From: Candidatus Zixiibacteriota bacterium | GTDB lineage: Bacteria > Zixibacteria > MSB-5A5 > GN15 > FEB-12 | Length of the DNA: 32,000 nt | Direction: 5' to 3' | Assembly (NCBI GenBank): GCA_034003725.1 | Contig: JAVEYB010000005.1 | Location: 38,831 to 70,830, forward strand | Shown: piece after piece, positions 9,439-16,759 of the stretch | How positions within the stretch are numbered: the stretch's first letter is position 1 | How the letters are laid out: each line of letters opens with the position of its first letter | Translations under genes and position numbers: made by a program | Notes under the pieces: model-generated | The model's input: only the letters and a program-made list of their open reading frames with translations | Databases searched by the model: none | Told to the model about the DNA's origin: nothing

Positions 9439-10784
9439 AGATTCTCCTTGCTGACGATGACTCCTCTGTCCGCAGAGTGCTGCAATTCAAGCTTGAGAAA
9501 AAGGGGTTCAAAGTGGATACAGCCGCAGACGGCCTCCAGGCTCTCGAGGCGATTAAGTCAGCACCTTATGACTTGCTGCTATCAGATATCCGCATGCCCA
9601 AAATGGACGGTATCGAGTTATTGAATGAAGCAAAAACCGCCCAGCCCGCCATAAAGGTCATCTTGATCACGGCCCACGCTACCGTTAATCAGGCTGTGCA
9701 GGCGGTCAAGCTTGGTGCATTCGACTACATCACAAAACCGTTTGAGGATGAAGAGCTGTTCGTTGCAATCGAGAAGGCCCTTCAATTCGAAAAACTCGAA
9801 TCAGAGAACAAGAGACTTCGGGGCAAGCTGAAAAAGGTTGAGTCAGACAAGAAACTGATTGGAGCCTCAAAACCATTTCGCCAATTGAAGTCGATGATTC
9901 ACAAGATTGCCGACACCGATGCGACGATTCTGGTCACCGGTGAATCGGGTACTGGGAAAGAAGTGGTAGCGCGAACAATTCATCAGGAGAGTGCCCGCGC
10001 CGAGCAGGAATTCATCGCGGTCAATTGTGCCGCGATTCCGAGGGAGTTGATAGAATCCGAGCTGTTCGGACACACGAAAGGCGCATTCACCGGCGCCGTC
10101 CGGGACAAAAAGGGCAAATTCGAACTTGCCGATAAAGGGACGTTGCTGCTTGATGAGGTGAGCGAATTGGCCATTGACCTACAGGCTAAGCTGCTGCGTG
10201 TTCTCCAGGAAAACGTTATCGAGGCGGTCGGTGCCGAGGTCTTACGACCTATTGATGTGCGACTCATTGCCGCCTCCAACGTTGACCTCCGAGCACGAGT
10301 CCGTTCCGGGAAATTTCGCGAAGACCTGTTTTATCGGCTCAATGTGGTTCCGCTTCAGGTTCCGAGCCTCAGGGAACGCCGCGACGATATCCCCCTGTTG
10401 GCTCGGGAGTTTGTTCTTAAATACAGCGAACAGGACGAAATCAGCCTTGATCCAAAACTTGTGGACAAACTCATGGAGCATGACTGGCCGGGGAATGTCC
10501 GGGAACTTGAGAACCTCATAGCGCGGATGGCGATACTCAGGCGAGGCAACAAACTGACAGCGAAGGATCTTCCGAAGGACTTCGGTCAGTTTGACCCTCG
10601 GGATGAAGGCCATGATAGCGATGGCGAGAATCAGGTAACACTCGAAGAAGCAGAAAGAAGAATGATCGTCGAAGCCTTAGAGAAAACCGGCTGGAACAAG
10701 ACCAAGGCCGCAAAGCGTCTCGATATCCCCCGCCATGTATTGATCTACCGCCTAAAGAAGTTTGAGATCGAGAATCCTGAATGA
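9435..10784 (+). CDS. sigma54-dependent response regulator (REC + AAA+ + Fis-type HTH), NtrC/ZraR-like
   Basis: Receiver domain (LLADDD...DIRMPKMDG), Walker A GESGTGKE, GAFTGA loop (HTKGAFTGA), and a C-terminal HTH KTKAAKRLDIPRHVLIYRLKKF. There is a 4-nt overlap with the kinase gene. Confidence 0.95.
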   Translation: MKILLADDDSSVRRVLQFKLEKKGFKVDTAADGLQALEAIKSAPYDLLLSDIRMPKMDGIELLNEAKTAQPAIKVILITAHATVNQAVQAVKLGAFDYITKPFEDEELFVAIEKALQFEKLESENKRLRGKLKKVESDKKLIGASKPFRQLKSMIHKIADTDATILVTGESGTGKEVVARTIHQESARAEQEFIAVNCAAIPRELIESELFGHTKGAFTGAVRDKKGKFELADKGTLLLDEVSELAIDLQAKLLRVLQENVIEAVGAEVLRPIDVRLIAASNVDLRARVRSGKFREDLFYRLNVVPLQVPSLRERRDDIPLLAREFVLKYSEQDEISLDPKLVDKLMEHDWPGNVRELENLIARMAILRRGNKLTAKDLPKDFGQFDPRDEGHDSDGENQVTLEEAERRMIVEALEKTGWNKTKAAKRLDIPRHVLIYRLKKFEIENPE

Positions 10785-10933
10785 AATAAGAGGTAAGAAA
10801 ACGGGCGAGGGTGGATCCTGACCGTCGTCTACCAATGTACCCGGGTGTGCCAGGCGATCAAGACTGATCGGCAGGTGAAGTCCAACGACGTAGTAACCAC
10901 GCCGAATAATCGTAAACCGTAAGATTCAAACAC

Positions 10934-11104
10934 TTAGAAAAACCGCCGGTCTGCAATGCCCTGACAGACAGACATGACCTCTTTTCCCAAGTGCTCCTCG
11001 TAACCCGGCGCATGGGCGATCACATGGCGGCTGTTTCGGCAATGGGTTTTCTTGATGTACTGTCACGTTACCTCGGCAGTCGGTTCAACAAAGTCGTCTT
11101 TCAA
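10934..11104 (-). pseudogene. possible degenerate toxin-like ORF interrupted by an in-frame TGA
   Basis: AAGGAG plus 7 nt precede TTG 11104. The frame reads (M)KDDFVEPTAEVT, then TGA (11063-11065), then QYIKKTHCRNSRHVIAHAPGYEEHLGKEVMSVCQGIADRRFF, then TAA. The N-terminus resembles ParE/RelE starts, but the rest is not recognisable. Confidence 0.2.
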
Positions 11105-11120
11105 TTGGATAACTCCTTTC

Positions 11121-11327
11121 TCATGAGTCAGTTGGTATTCGAGTTGACTCGTTGTTTTTGGTCAGGACAGCGACGGGATGAAGGCACGGTCCCTTCGGCT
11201 CTGTTGCGTCAGTCTTCGCGGTTGAAGAGTCCATCACCCTCAGGGCACTTTCCAGCAAGAGCTCGGCAACAAGCGACACTCGTTCTCGTTGGTTGAGCCT
11301 ACCGCTATATGTAGTCGAACGCGACAT
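11121..11327 (-). CDS. possible antitoxin-like small protein (addiction-module-component-like N-terminus)
   Basis: The 68-aa ORF contains RLNQRERVSLVAELLLESAL, which resembles the L..ER..LA..LL.SL signature of Unstab_antitox-type antitoxins. Its stop overlaps the SD of the downstream degenerate ORF. Confidence 0.3.
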   Translation of the reverse strand: MSRSTTYSGRLNQRERVSLVAELLLESALRVMDSSTAKTDATEPKGPCLHPVAVLTKNNESTRIPTDS

Positions 11328-11345
11328 AAACAGGGCTTAAGCGCC

Positions 11346-12023
11346 TTATACCTCGTTGCCCCAGCTTTTCCAGCCGCGGCGGCGGTTCCGGGCGAACAAC
11401 TCCAGATACCGCATTCCGGGGTACATGTGCTCAATCATCTCGTAAACCGAGTGCGGCTTTTTGCTATGGATGGTTCGTTTCTCACGAAACACCGAACGGA
11501 GCCGTTGCGACGGTGGCGGCACCGGAAACGTGCCCTTGCGGCCGACCAGTAACAATTCGTGTTGATTTCGCCACCAGACGCCAAGCCCCATGATCTCCTT
11601 GTCCCACACAGCATGGCTGCGATACCGAAAGCCCCAAGCTTCCATAACTTCCAGCGCATTACCAAGTATGGCCGGTGGCGTCCACAGATACAGAACCGAA
11701 TCTGCGGCCGAAGGAATCTGTAAGCTCTTTATGTCCTGCAAATCCATAGTCGGGTAGTGCTTCTCTATTTTGGTATTCATGCCCGACCATTTGTAGCGCC
11801 AGGGTGGATCGGCATAGATGATATCGAACCTCCCACGTGGCATGGGAGGTGTGTCTACACCGGCTGCAACATCAATCCGAATCAAGTGCTCAGGGATCGT
11901 GTGCCTATTCCAGATTGGTGCACCTGCTTGATGCAACCAGTGCACCGGTTGTCTGTCCCGATGTACCTCCCGATGACCTGCCGAAAGGCTGTTGTTTCCG
12001 TAAGAGTTAAGACGACTAGACAT
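11346..12023 (-). CDS. MT-A70-family N6-adenine DNA methyltransferase
   Basis: Catalytic DPPW motif in FDIIYADPPWRYKW. Size and the C-terminal HSKKP..VYE.IE pattern are typical of MT-A70. No cognate restriction gene is visible. Confidence 0.85.
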   Translation of the reverse strand: MSSRLNSYGNNSLSAGHREVHRDRQPVHWLHQAGAPIWNRHTIPEHLIRIDVAAGVDTPPMPRGRFDIIYADPPWRYKWSGMNTKIEKHYPTMDLQDIKSLQIPSAADSVLYLWTPPAILGNALEVMEAWGFRYRSHAVWDKEIMGLGVWWRNQHELLLVGRKGTFPVPPPSQRLRSVFREKRTIHSKKPHSVYEMIEHMYPGMRYLELFARNRRRGWKSWGNEV

Positions 12024-12039
12024 TTTGGATTCCCTTTCA

Positions 12040-12501
12040 TTAAGCGCCGGTAGTTCGTCCCCGACGCCTGTGTGGTCTATTAGGTGTTGATTTACTGCGC
12101 CTAGGCGACCGAAGCCTTCGTGTGACTCGTCTTACAGGCCATTCAGGTAGCAGCCGTCGGGCGAGCCAGAACACGAACACCAAAAAGGCAATGGCCAGCA
12201 GTAGTGGCATTAAGCTATCGATGTTGGTCAAAATCGTGATTACAAGTGCGATCCCGAGCACGGCTGTTACAGTTCGCACAATCAAGCCAGGTTGGTTAAA
12301 GAGGCGGAACAACCGATTGACGACGTAGCCGCCGGGAGCCGGTTCGCTGAGCCGTGCGCTGCCGCATAACCCGCAATACTGGCTATCGGGCGGGTTTTCG
12401 TGCCCGCTCTGACAAAGCCTGAGATTCCAGGTACGGCCGCAATAGTGGCACCGTTCCGGCTGACCGGGTGAGATTCTCCTGCACGACGGGCACCAACGCA
12501 T
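12040..12501 (-). CDS. double zinc-ribbon protein with a C-terminal TM helix and a basic tail
   Basis: CPSC...CHYCG...C.SGH...YCGLCG gives four CxxC-type pairs. TM region IVRTVTAVLGIALVITILTNIDSLMPLLLAIAFLVFVFWLA. Arg-rich C-terminus. Confidence 0.6.
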   Translation of the reverse strand: MRWCPSCRRISPGQPERCHYCGRTWNLRLCQSGHENPPDSQYCGLCGSARLSEPAPGGYVVNRLFRLFNQPGLIVRTVTAVLGIALVITILTNIDSLMPLLLAIAFLVFVFWLARRLLPEWPVRRVTRRLRSPRRSKSTPNRPHRRRGRTTGA

Positions 12502-12502
12502 G

Positions 12503-13363
12503 CTAGCTACGCTCCTTTGTGACTTCCTGACGATGCAGTGAAGTGGTCGTTTGTTGCCCCGGCATATTCCAAACGGAGCCGAAAAGCGGGTTTTGTGTGA
12601 CTTCTGTGAGAGTGCCGACCAATACTCGCAGTGAAGGCGACTGTGGCAGTCTTGCGGCGAGACTTGCCGCTCTGCCTGAGGACGTGGTTACAATCAGAAC
12701 CGTCAGCCGACTGAGCTTGAACAGCTTTCGGAAATAGCCGGATGACTGGGCCAATTGATAGAGTTCGAGCTTTCGGCGAAGGCGTCGAAGCGACTCACTG
12801 CCAGTATCCAGTTCCAGACAGAAGTGGTACAGCAGTCGGTTAATGGCGTATCGACCATACCCGTCCGGCCTCGGCATGACTGCCAACGGCACTTTGGCCG
12901 TCTGGCAAGTATTGAGGAAGGCGTATTCGTTAAGCCAGGAGATCCATTCACCTCCGGACGTTTTCAAACAGTGGCCGATTAATGCGGCAGCGAAGTCGCT
13001 GATGCCAAGATCATGCGCCAGCGTGCTGTCGGGCATGCGCCGAATTCGACGTCGGCGGCGCAGTAGCATATCCAGATCATTCTGGCTTATAGAAGCAAGG
13101 TGCCGGATACCTTCTCGGCCGAGATAGTAAATAGCTGGTGCGGACCCCGATTGCACTGGCATGAATCGCCGTTCCACCAAACCGGCATCGAATAATTGCC
13201 TTAGGCGACGATTGATTCGGGTGACACACGGCCAGTCCAGGAGCAATTGCAACTGCTCCCGAGTGAGAAGGAGATGTCGGTCCAGCAAGTTGAGTAGCTC
13301 TCGATCTCGATCACTCAAGACCAGGCGGGGCGCACTTTGCCGTCTGGAGGGGTTGGCTCTCAT
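12503..13363 (-). CDS. replication-relaxation family protein (Replic_Relax-like), copy 1
   Basis: N-terminal wHTH-like LSDRDRELLNLLDRHLLLTREQL...RLRQLFDAGLVER and the conserved LELDTGSE motif. It is a paralog of 19368-20498. Confidence 0.72.
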   Translation of the reverse strand: MRANPSRRQSAPRLVLSDRDRELLNLLDRHLLLTREQLQLLLDWPCVTRINRRLRQLFDAGLVERRFMPVQSGSAPAIYYLGREGIRHLASISQNDLDMLLRRRRRIRRMPDSTLAHDLGISDFAAALIGHCLKTSGGEWISWLNEYAFLNTCQTAKVPLAVMPRPDGYGRYAINRLLYHFCLELDTGSESLRRLRRKLELYQLAQSSGYFRKLFKLSRLTVLIVTTSSGRAASLAARLPQSPSLRVLVGTLTEVTQNPLFGSVWNMPGQQTTTSLHRQEVTKERS

Positions 13364-14862
13364 CAGAATCCCCCTTCGCGATAGCCGGGCGGCAAGTCAT
13401 GATTGCCTCTGTCCGGATCAGCGTCAGACGCCGGTAGCTCGTTTACCTTGGGTGGCTCAGATTTGGGCGGCTCACCAAAACTGGAGTGCTCATCGGAAGA
13501 CGCCGGGGGCCACGTTACACCGCCGACGTTGCGGTACATTTGGCGGACCATTTGCTCTTCGATCCGACTGAGCTTCTCCGGAATGGGGAGATAATCGACT
13601 GATACCTGGCGGGCCGGTTTCCCGCCGACAAAGACCATCGCCTCGCCAACTCCGAGCCGGGCGATACGGCTTCTGAGTAACTCCCGTTCCTCCCCTTGCA
13701 GTTCTGCCGTTACGGTCTTGAGATTCTCGGCGTCCATACGAAAGCAGCAGCGTACCGCGCAGTTGGTGAGAATGGTCGAGCGCATGGCTCGGTCCATGCC
13801 GGTTAGCGACTGGCCGCTCAAGAGGACCGGAATCTTCAGCTTGCGAAACTCGTTTAGGGCCGGAGCAATGATCTCGTGGACTCCGGCCAAGGCGTTGAAT
13901 TCGTCGATTATAAGAGTCGACAGGTGGCGCTCCGGCTCCGGAATGGGCAAGCGCGCGAAAGCTGCCTGTTGCTCGACTGCCAGAATGATACTGGCGACTA
14001 GTTCAGCATCCCGTCCGAGAATGCCCTTATTGAGGTCAAAGAGAACGAGCATGCGATCATTCAGGCATTGGAACAGGTCAAGATCGGACGTATTCGATCC
14101 GAACATGACGCGGAGCTTCGGATCGGCCAGAAAGGTGCTGAGTCGCGGGAGGAAAACCTGCGTGTAGAAGTCGCGCATGGCATCAGAGAGATGAAGCCAG
14201 CGATTGAGAAAGTAATTACGGCAGGCTTCATTGCGAACAGTCTGACAATGGTGATGCAGGAGGGCAGGATTTCTAAGTAGCGGTTCGGTCATTGTCAGCG
14301 GCAAACCATGCTCGGCCATCAAACAGAAGGTGTTGGCTATCAATTCACTTGAGGGCGCACCCCAGGTTGCCTCGGGCCATTGTCGGCGGAGCATAAGTTC
14401 CATGTGCTGCCCGACTCGATGCGGTTTGGCCCATGTCACTTTGGCCAGCGGATTGAATCGAACCAGCGGGGCCTGGTCATCAAAGGAGACGACGAGGATT
14501 CTGCTCAAGACTCGCTTGGGCAGGACGCCGGTGGTGACCAATCGGGCTGCCAGTGAGAGGAACTTGGGAACAGCGTCATGAATGTCGACCATCAGTCCGC
14601 CATAGCCATGCATGAGCAAGTTCACGAGGAAGACGAATATCAATGAAGTCTTCCCGCCACCGGACGAGCCCAGCGAGACAGCGTGGCGCTGCAAATCAGA
14701 CAATTCTATGGCGAACGGCTCAATGACTCGACAATCTGTCAAGGCGCTCGCCTCTCCGATCTGCAATCGTCCCGCGCCCGGACTCGCATTCGACTTCGCC
14801 GATCGGGGTCGAGCCAACAGCCGTTCAAAGAGCGGTATGAGCATCCGTTCTATCGCCGTCAT
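13363..14862 (-). CDS. soluble P-loop ATPase, type IV coupling protein (TraD/TraG/VirD4)-like
   Basis: Walker A GSSGGGKT, Walker B LIIDEFNAL, then RKLKIPVLLSGQSLTGMD, which fits the T4CP pattern (R/K..gi....QS..Q). No N-terminal TM helices. ATGA overlap with E1, and a 1-nt overlap with the next gene. Confidence 0.72.
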   Translation of the reverse strand: MTAIERMLIPLFERLLARPRSAKSNASPGAGRLQIGEASALTDCRVIEPFAIELSDLQRHAVSLGSSGGGKTSLIFVFLVNLLMHGYGGLMVDIHDAVPKFLSLAARLVTTGVLPKRVLSRILVVSFDDQAPLVRFNPLAKVTWAKPHRVGQHMELMLRRQWPEATWGAPSSELIANTFCLMAEHGLPLTMTEPLLRNPALLHHHCQTVRNEACRNYFLNRWLHLSDAMRDFYTQVFLPRLSTFLADPKLRVMFGSNTSDLDLFQCLNDRMLVLFDLNKGILGRDAELVASIILAVEQQAAFARLPIPEPERHLSTLIIDEFNALAGVHEIIAPALNEFRKLKIPVLLSGQSLTGMDRAMRSTILTNCAVRCCFRMDAENLKTVTAELQGEERELLRSRIARLGVGEAMVFVGGKPARQVSVDYLPIPEKLSRIEEQMVRQMYRNVGGVTWPPASSDEHSSFGEPPKSEPPKVNELPASDADPDRGNHDLPPGYREGGF

Positions 14863-15674
14863 GATTGTCCCTCACGATTTTCACCGCACAGCGGACATTC
14901 GGGATTTCTCGGGACAGTGCGGACAAGCTCCGGCATGAAACCGGCCAGGCGAATCTCCCGATAGTTCCAGCCAATCGGGCGGCCCATAACCAGCGAGTCG
15001 ACGGCGAATGATGTCAGAGCAGCGGCCAGCTTGAGCGGATCGATGATGGCCGGTACGCCGGGACAGGGGGTGATGTCAATGTTGATTGCGTGCGGCAGGA
15101 TGCAACCGAAACAGGCTTCGCCAGGACGTTGCACCAAGCAGTAACATTGATCGCCGTCGCGTGATACGGCGCAGAACAGAGCCGGTACGTGCTTTCTCAT
15201 AGCCCATTCCGCGACGGCCCGCCGCGACTGATCGGAGTCTACACCACAAATGACGACAGCGGGAGTAAGATCGAGACCTCGCTCCAGCGCCGCTTCGAAG
15301 AAATAGGGATAGGCATTGATGTGACTGCCCATACAACCGTCTTGCGCCAGATTGCGAGCAAGGCGTTCAGCCTTATTCTTCCACAAGTCTTTGGGTGTAA
15401 ATTGTTGCCGGTTGAGATTGGACAAGTCGACGGTGTCACCGTCAAAACAATGGATTTCTCCATAGCCTTTCTTGACCAATGAGTGAAGTATCTCACCCCC
15501 AAGTCCTCCGCAGCCGACCTGCAGCACGGTCGTGTCCCAGGCAGTTTGCTGATTCCAATTCGGAATGCCTTCCTGGCGAGACCATACCCGGTCGCGCTCG
15601 GTACCCTGATCTCTCAGATCGGGACTTTGAAACGATTTAGACTTCAGTGAGCCGATAGAGCTTTTCCGCCGCAT
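14859..15674 (-). CDS. ThiF/MoeB-type E1-like adenylyltransferase (BilD-like)
   Basis: Rossmann motif VGCGGLGGE, then DGDTVDLSNLNRQ, then two CxxC pairs (CFGC, CPLC) as in the MoeB/ThiF zinc site. Start set at ATG 15674, preceded by AAGGAG plus 6 nt; the track start 15743 lacks an SD. Confidence 0.85.
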   Translation of the reverse strand: MRRKSSIGSLKSKSFQSPDLRDQGTERDRVWSRQEGIPNWNQQTAWDTTVLQVGCGGLGGEILHSLVKKGYGEIHCFDGDTVDLSNLNRQQFTPKDLWKNKAERLARNLAQDGCMGSHINAYPYFFEAALERGLDLTPAVVICGVDSDQSRRAVAEWAMRKHVPALFCAVSRDGDQCYCLVQRPGEACFGCILPHAINIDITPCPGVPAIIDPLKLAAALTSFAVDSLVMGRPIGWNYREIRLAGFMPELVRTVPRNPECPLCGENREGQS

Positions 15675-16326
15675 GGCGAACTCCTTTCCCTGTGACACAA
15701 ACACGAAACGGCATCCGGTGAGAAAAGAATCGGGCGTAGCCATCGCGCGAATAGATGATCCCCACCGTGCGATAGCCAGCCGTTTCCAGCTGCATCTGAT
15801 TGGTCAGATCGATCTGTGACGGCAGATTCGAAGATTTCCCGCGGCCCGGATGCATGTGTAGATACGCCGTCAGCAGACTGCCCCGTTTTTCGAGTTGCGC
15901 CAGGATTCGGCTGGTAGCGGCCGCATTCGAAGTCGCCCGCCCGTACTCGGAGCGGTCGTGCTCAATGTCTACGGTGCGCTCGATAGTGAGCAGGTCATTG
16001 AAAGCAGTGCCGGTTGCGTACCGAATCACTTCGTTCTCATACTGCCGCAGAAGTTCGTACTCATTGTAAAGCAGTTCGGAGCTCACCAAGAAAGTAGGTT
16101 GGTTAGGCAAAGTATCACTGGCCAAAGCTCTGGCATGAGTTAGGCCGTACAGGAGCTCGTGATCTGTCATCAGCCGCCTGAAGATCGCCTCAGCATCGGC
16201 AATGTCTCCTTTGGTCAAGGCAGATCTCAGGGCGGTGAAATCTACCTGCGATTGCATGCCTAGACTTTGACACAATTGCTCCAGACGCTCTACGGTTAGC
16301 TTTCGCAAAAACCGTTCTCGTTCCAT
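15637..16326 (-). CDS. JAB/JAMM (MPN+) metallopeptidase (BilC/Cap3-like)
   Basis: HMHPGRGKSSNLPSQID fits a HxH...S..D JAMM motif with a slightly long spacer. An upstream Glu (ENEVIRYATGT) is present. About 100 aa of helical N-terminal extension. Confidence 0.8.
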   Translation of the reverse strand: MERERFLRKLTVERLEQLCQSLGMQSQVDFTALRSALTKGDIADAEAIFRRLMTDHELLYGLTHARALASDTLPNQPTFLVSSELLYNEYELLRQYENEVIRYATGTAFNDLLTIERTVDIEHDRSEYGRATSNAAATSRILAQLEKRGSLLTAYLHMHPGRGKSSNLPSQIDLTNQMQLETAGYRTVGIIYSRDGYARFFSHRMPFRVCVTGKGVRHAAEKLYRLTEV

Positions 16327-16360
16327 TTTCTATTTCCTTTCGATACAAGTGATTGACCCT

Positions 16361-16675
16361 TTATCCCTCGAATGCCTGGCGCAGGGTTAGTTCTATGCCC
16401 ACGATCCCGTCAACAACCGATCTGCCTCGACGTGAAAAGTGAACTTCGTAAACGTCATCTCCTTTGCGGATGAAACAGGGGCCGTGAGGGCCGGACAGTA
16501 CTTCCTGCGGCGGGTCGTAGATGTAGTATGACCACTTGGTGGCGTGGCGTTTGACGATGCGACCCTGCCACGCTCCGAACGGGCTGACCCGGTACCATCC
16601 GAAAAAACTGTCGCCACGCCGTTGCCACCGGCGATCCATCCACAGCGGCCGGAACCTTCGCGTGATATTGACCAT
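16361..16675 (-). CDS. 104-aa protein, candidate minimal E2-like (BilB-position) enzyme
   Basis: Start set at ATG 16675 (MVNITRRF), preceded by AAAGGAGAA. The sequence has a basic N-terminal helix, three predicted strands (FFGWYRV, AWQGRIV, KWSYYIY), then DPP...GPHGPC. This is loosely reminiscent of the UBC PP...HPN...C layout. It occupies the E2 slot between the Ubl and JAB genes. Confidence 0.4.
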   Translation of the reverse strand: MVNITRRFRPLWMDRRWQRRGDSFFGWYRVSPFGAWQGRIVKRHATKWSYYIYDPPQEVLSGPHGPCFIRKGDDVYEVHFSRRGRSVVDGIVGIELTLRQAFEG

Positions 16676-16706
16676 GGTCTTTTCTCCTTTCTGGTTGGAG
16701 GCGGGT

Positions 16707-16736
16707 GGGAGACGCCGGTTCTGCCCGACGCCTCCC
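16707..16736 (-). promoter_or_regulatory. GC-rich intercistronic hairpin between the Ubl and E2-like genes
   Basis: GGGAGACGCCGG / CCGACGCCTCCC forms a 12-position stem with 2 mismatches and a 6-nt loop. It lies inside the 84-nt Ubl/E2-like spacer. Confidence 0.35.
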
Positions 16737-16759
16737 TGCACCGACTCGGTTCGGTACGC

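Noticed and set aside
10842-10858. Possible att-like repeat: CCAATGTACCCGGGTGT (10842-10858) versus CCAATACCTCGGGTAT (23042-23057) flanking the 13-gene block
   Set aside because: The similarity is gapped and imperfect and could easily arise by chance. It needs a computational repeat search and comparison with an empty site.
11063-11065. The in-frame TGA might indicate stop-codon recoding (an alternative genetic code or selenocysteine)
   Set aside because: Well-supported genes in the same window (RND pump, E1, ATPase) terminate with TGA at positions where the next gene starts. The standard code applies, so a nonsense mutation in a decaying gene is the simpler reading.
14859-15743. Longer E1 form starting at 15743, or a JAB-E1 fusion by programmed frameshift
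   Set aside because: No SD precedes 15743, while ATG 15674 has AAGGAG plus 6 nt. I saw no slippery heptamer in the overlap. A fusion cannot be excluded without data, but the sequence does not require it.
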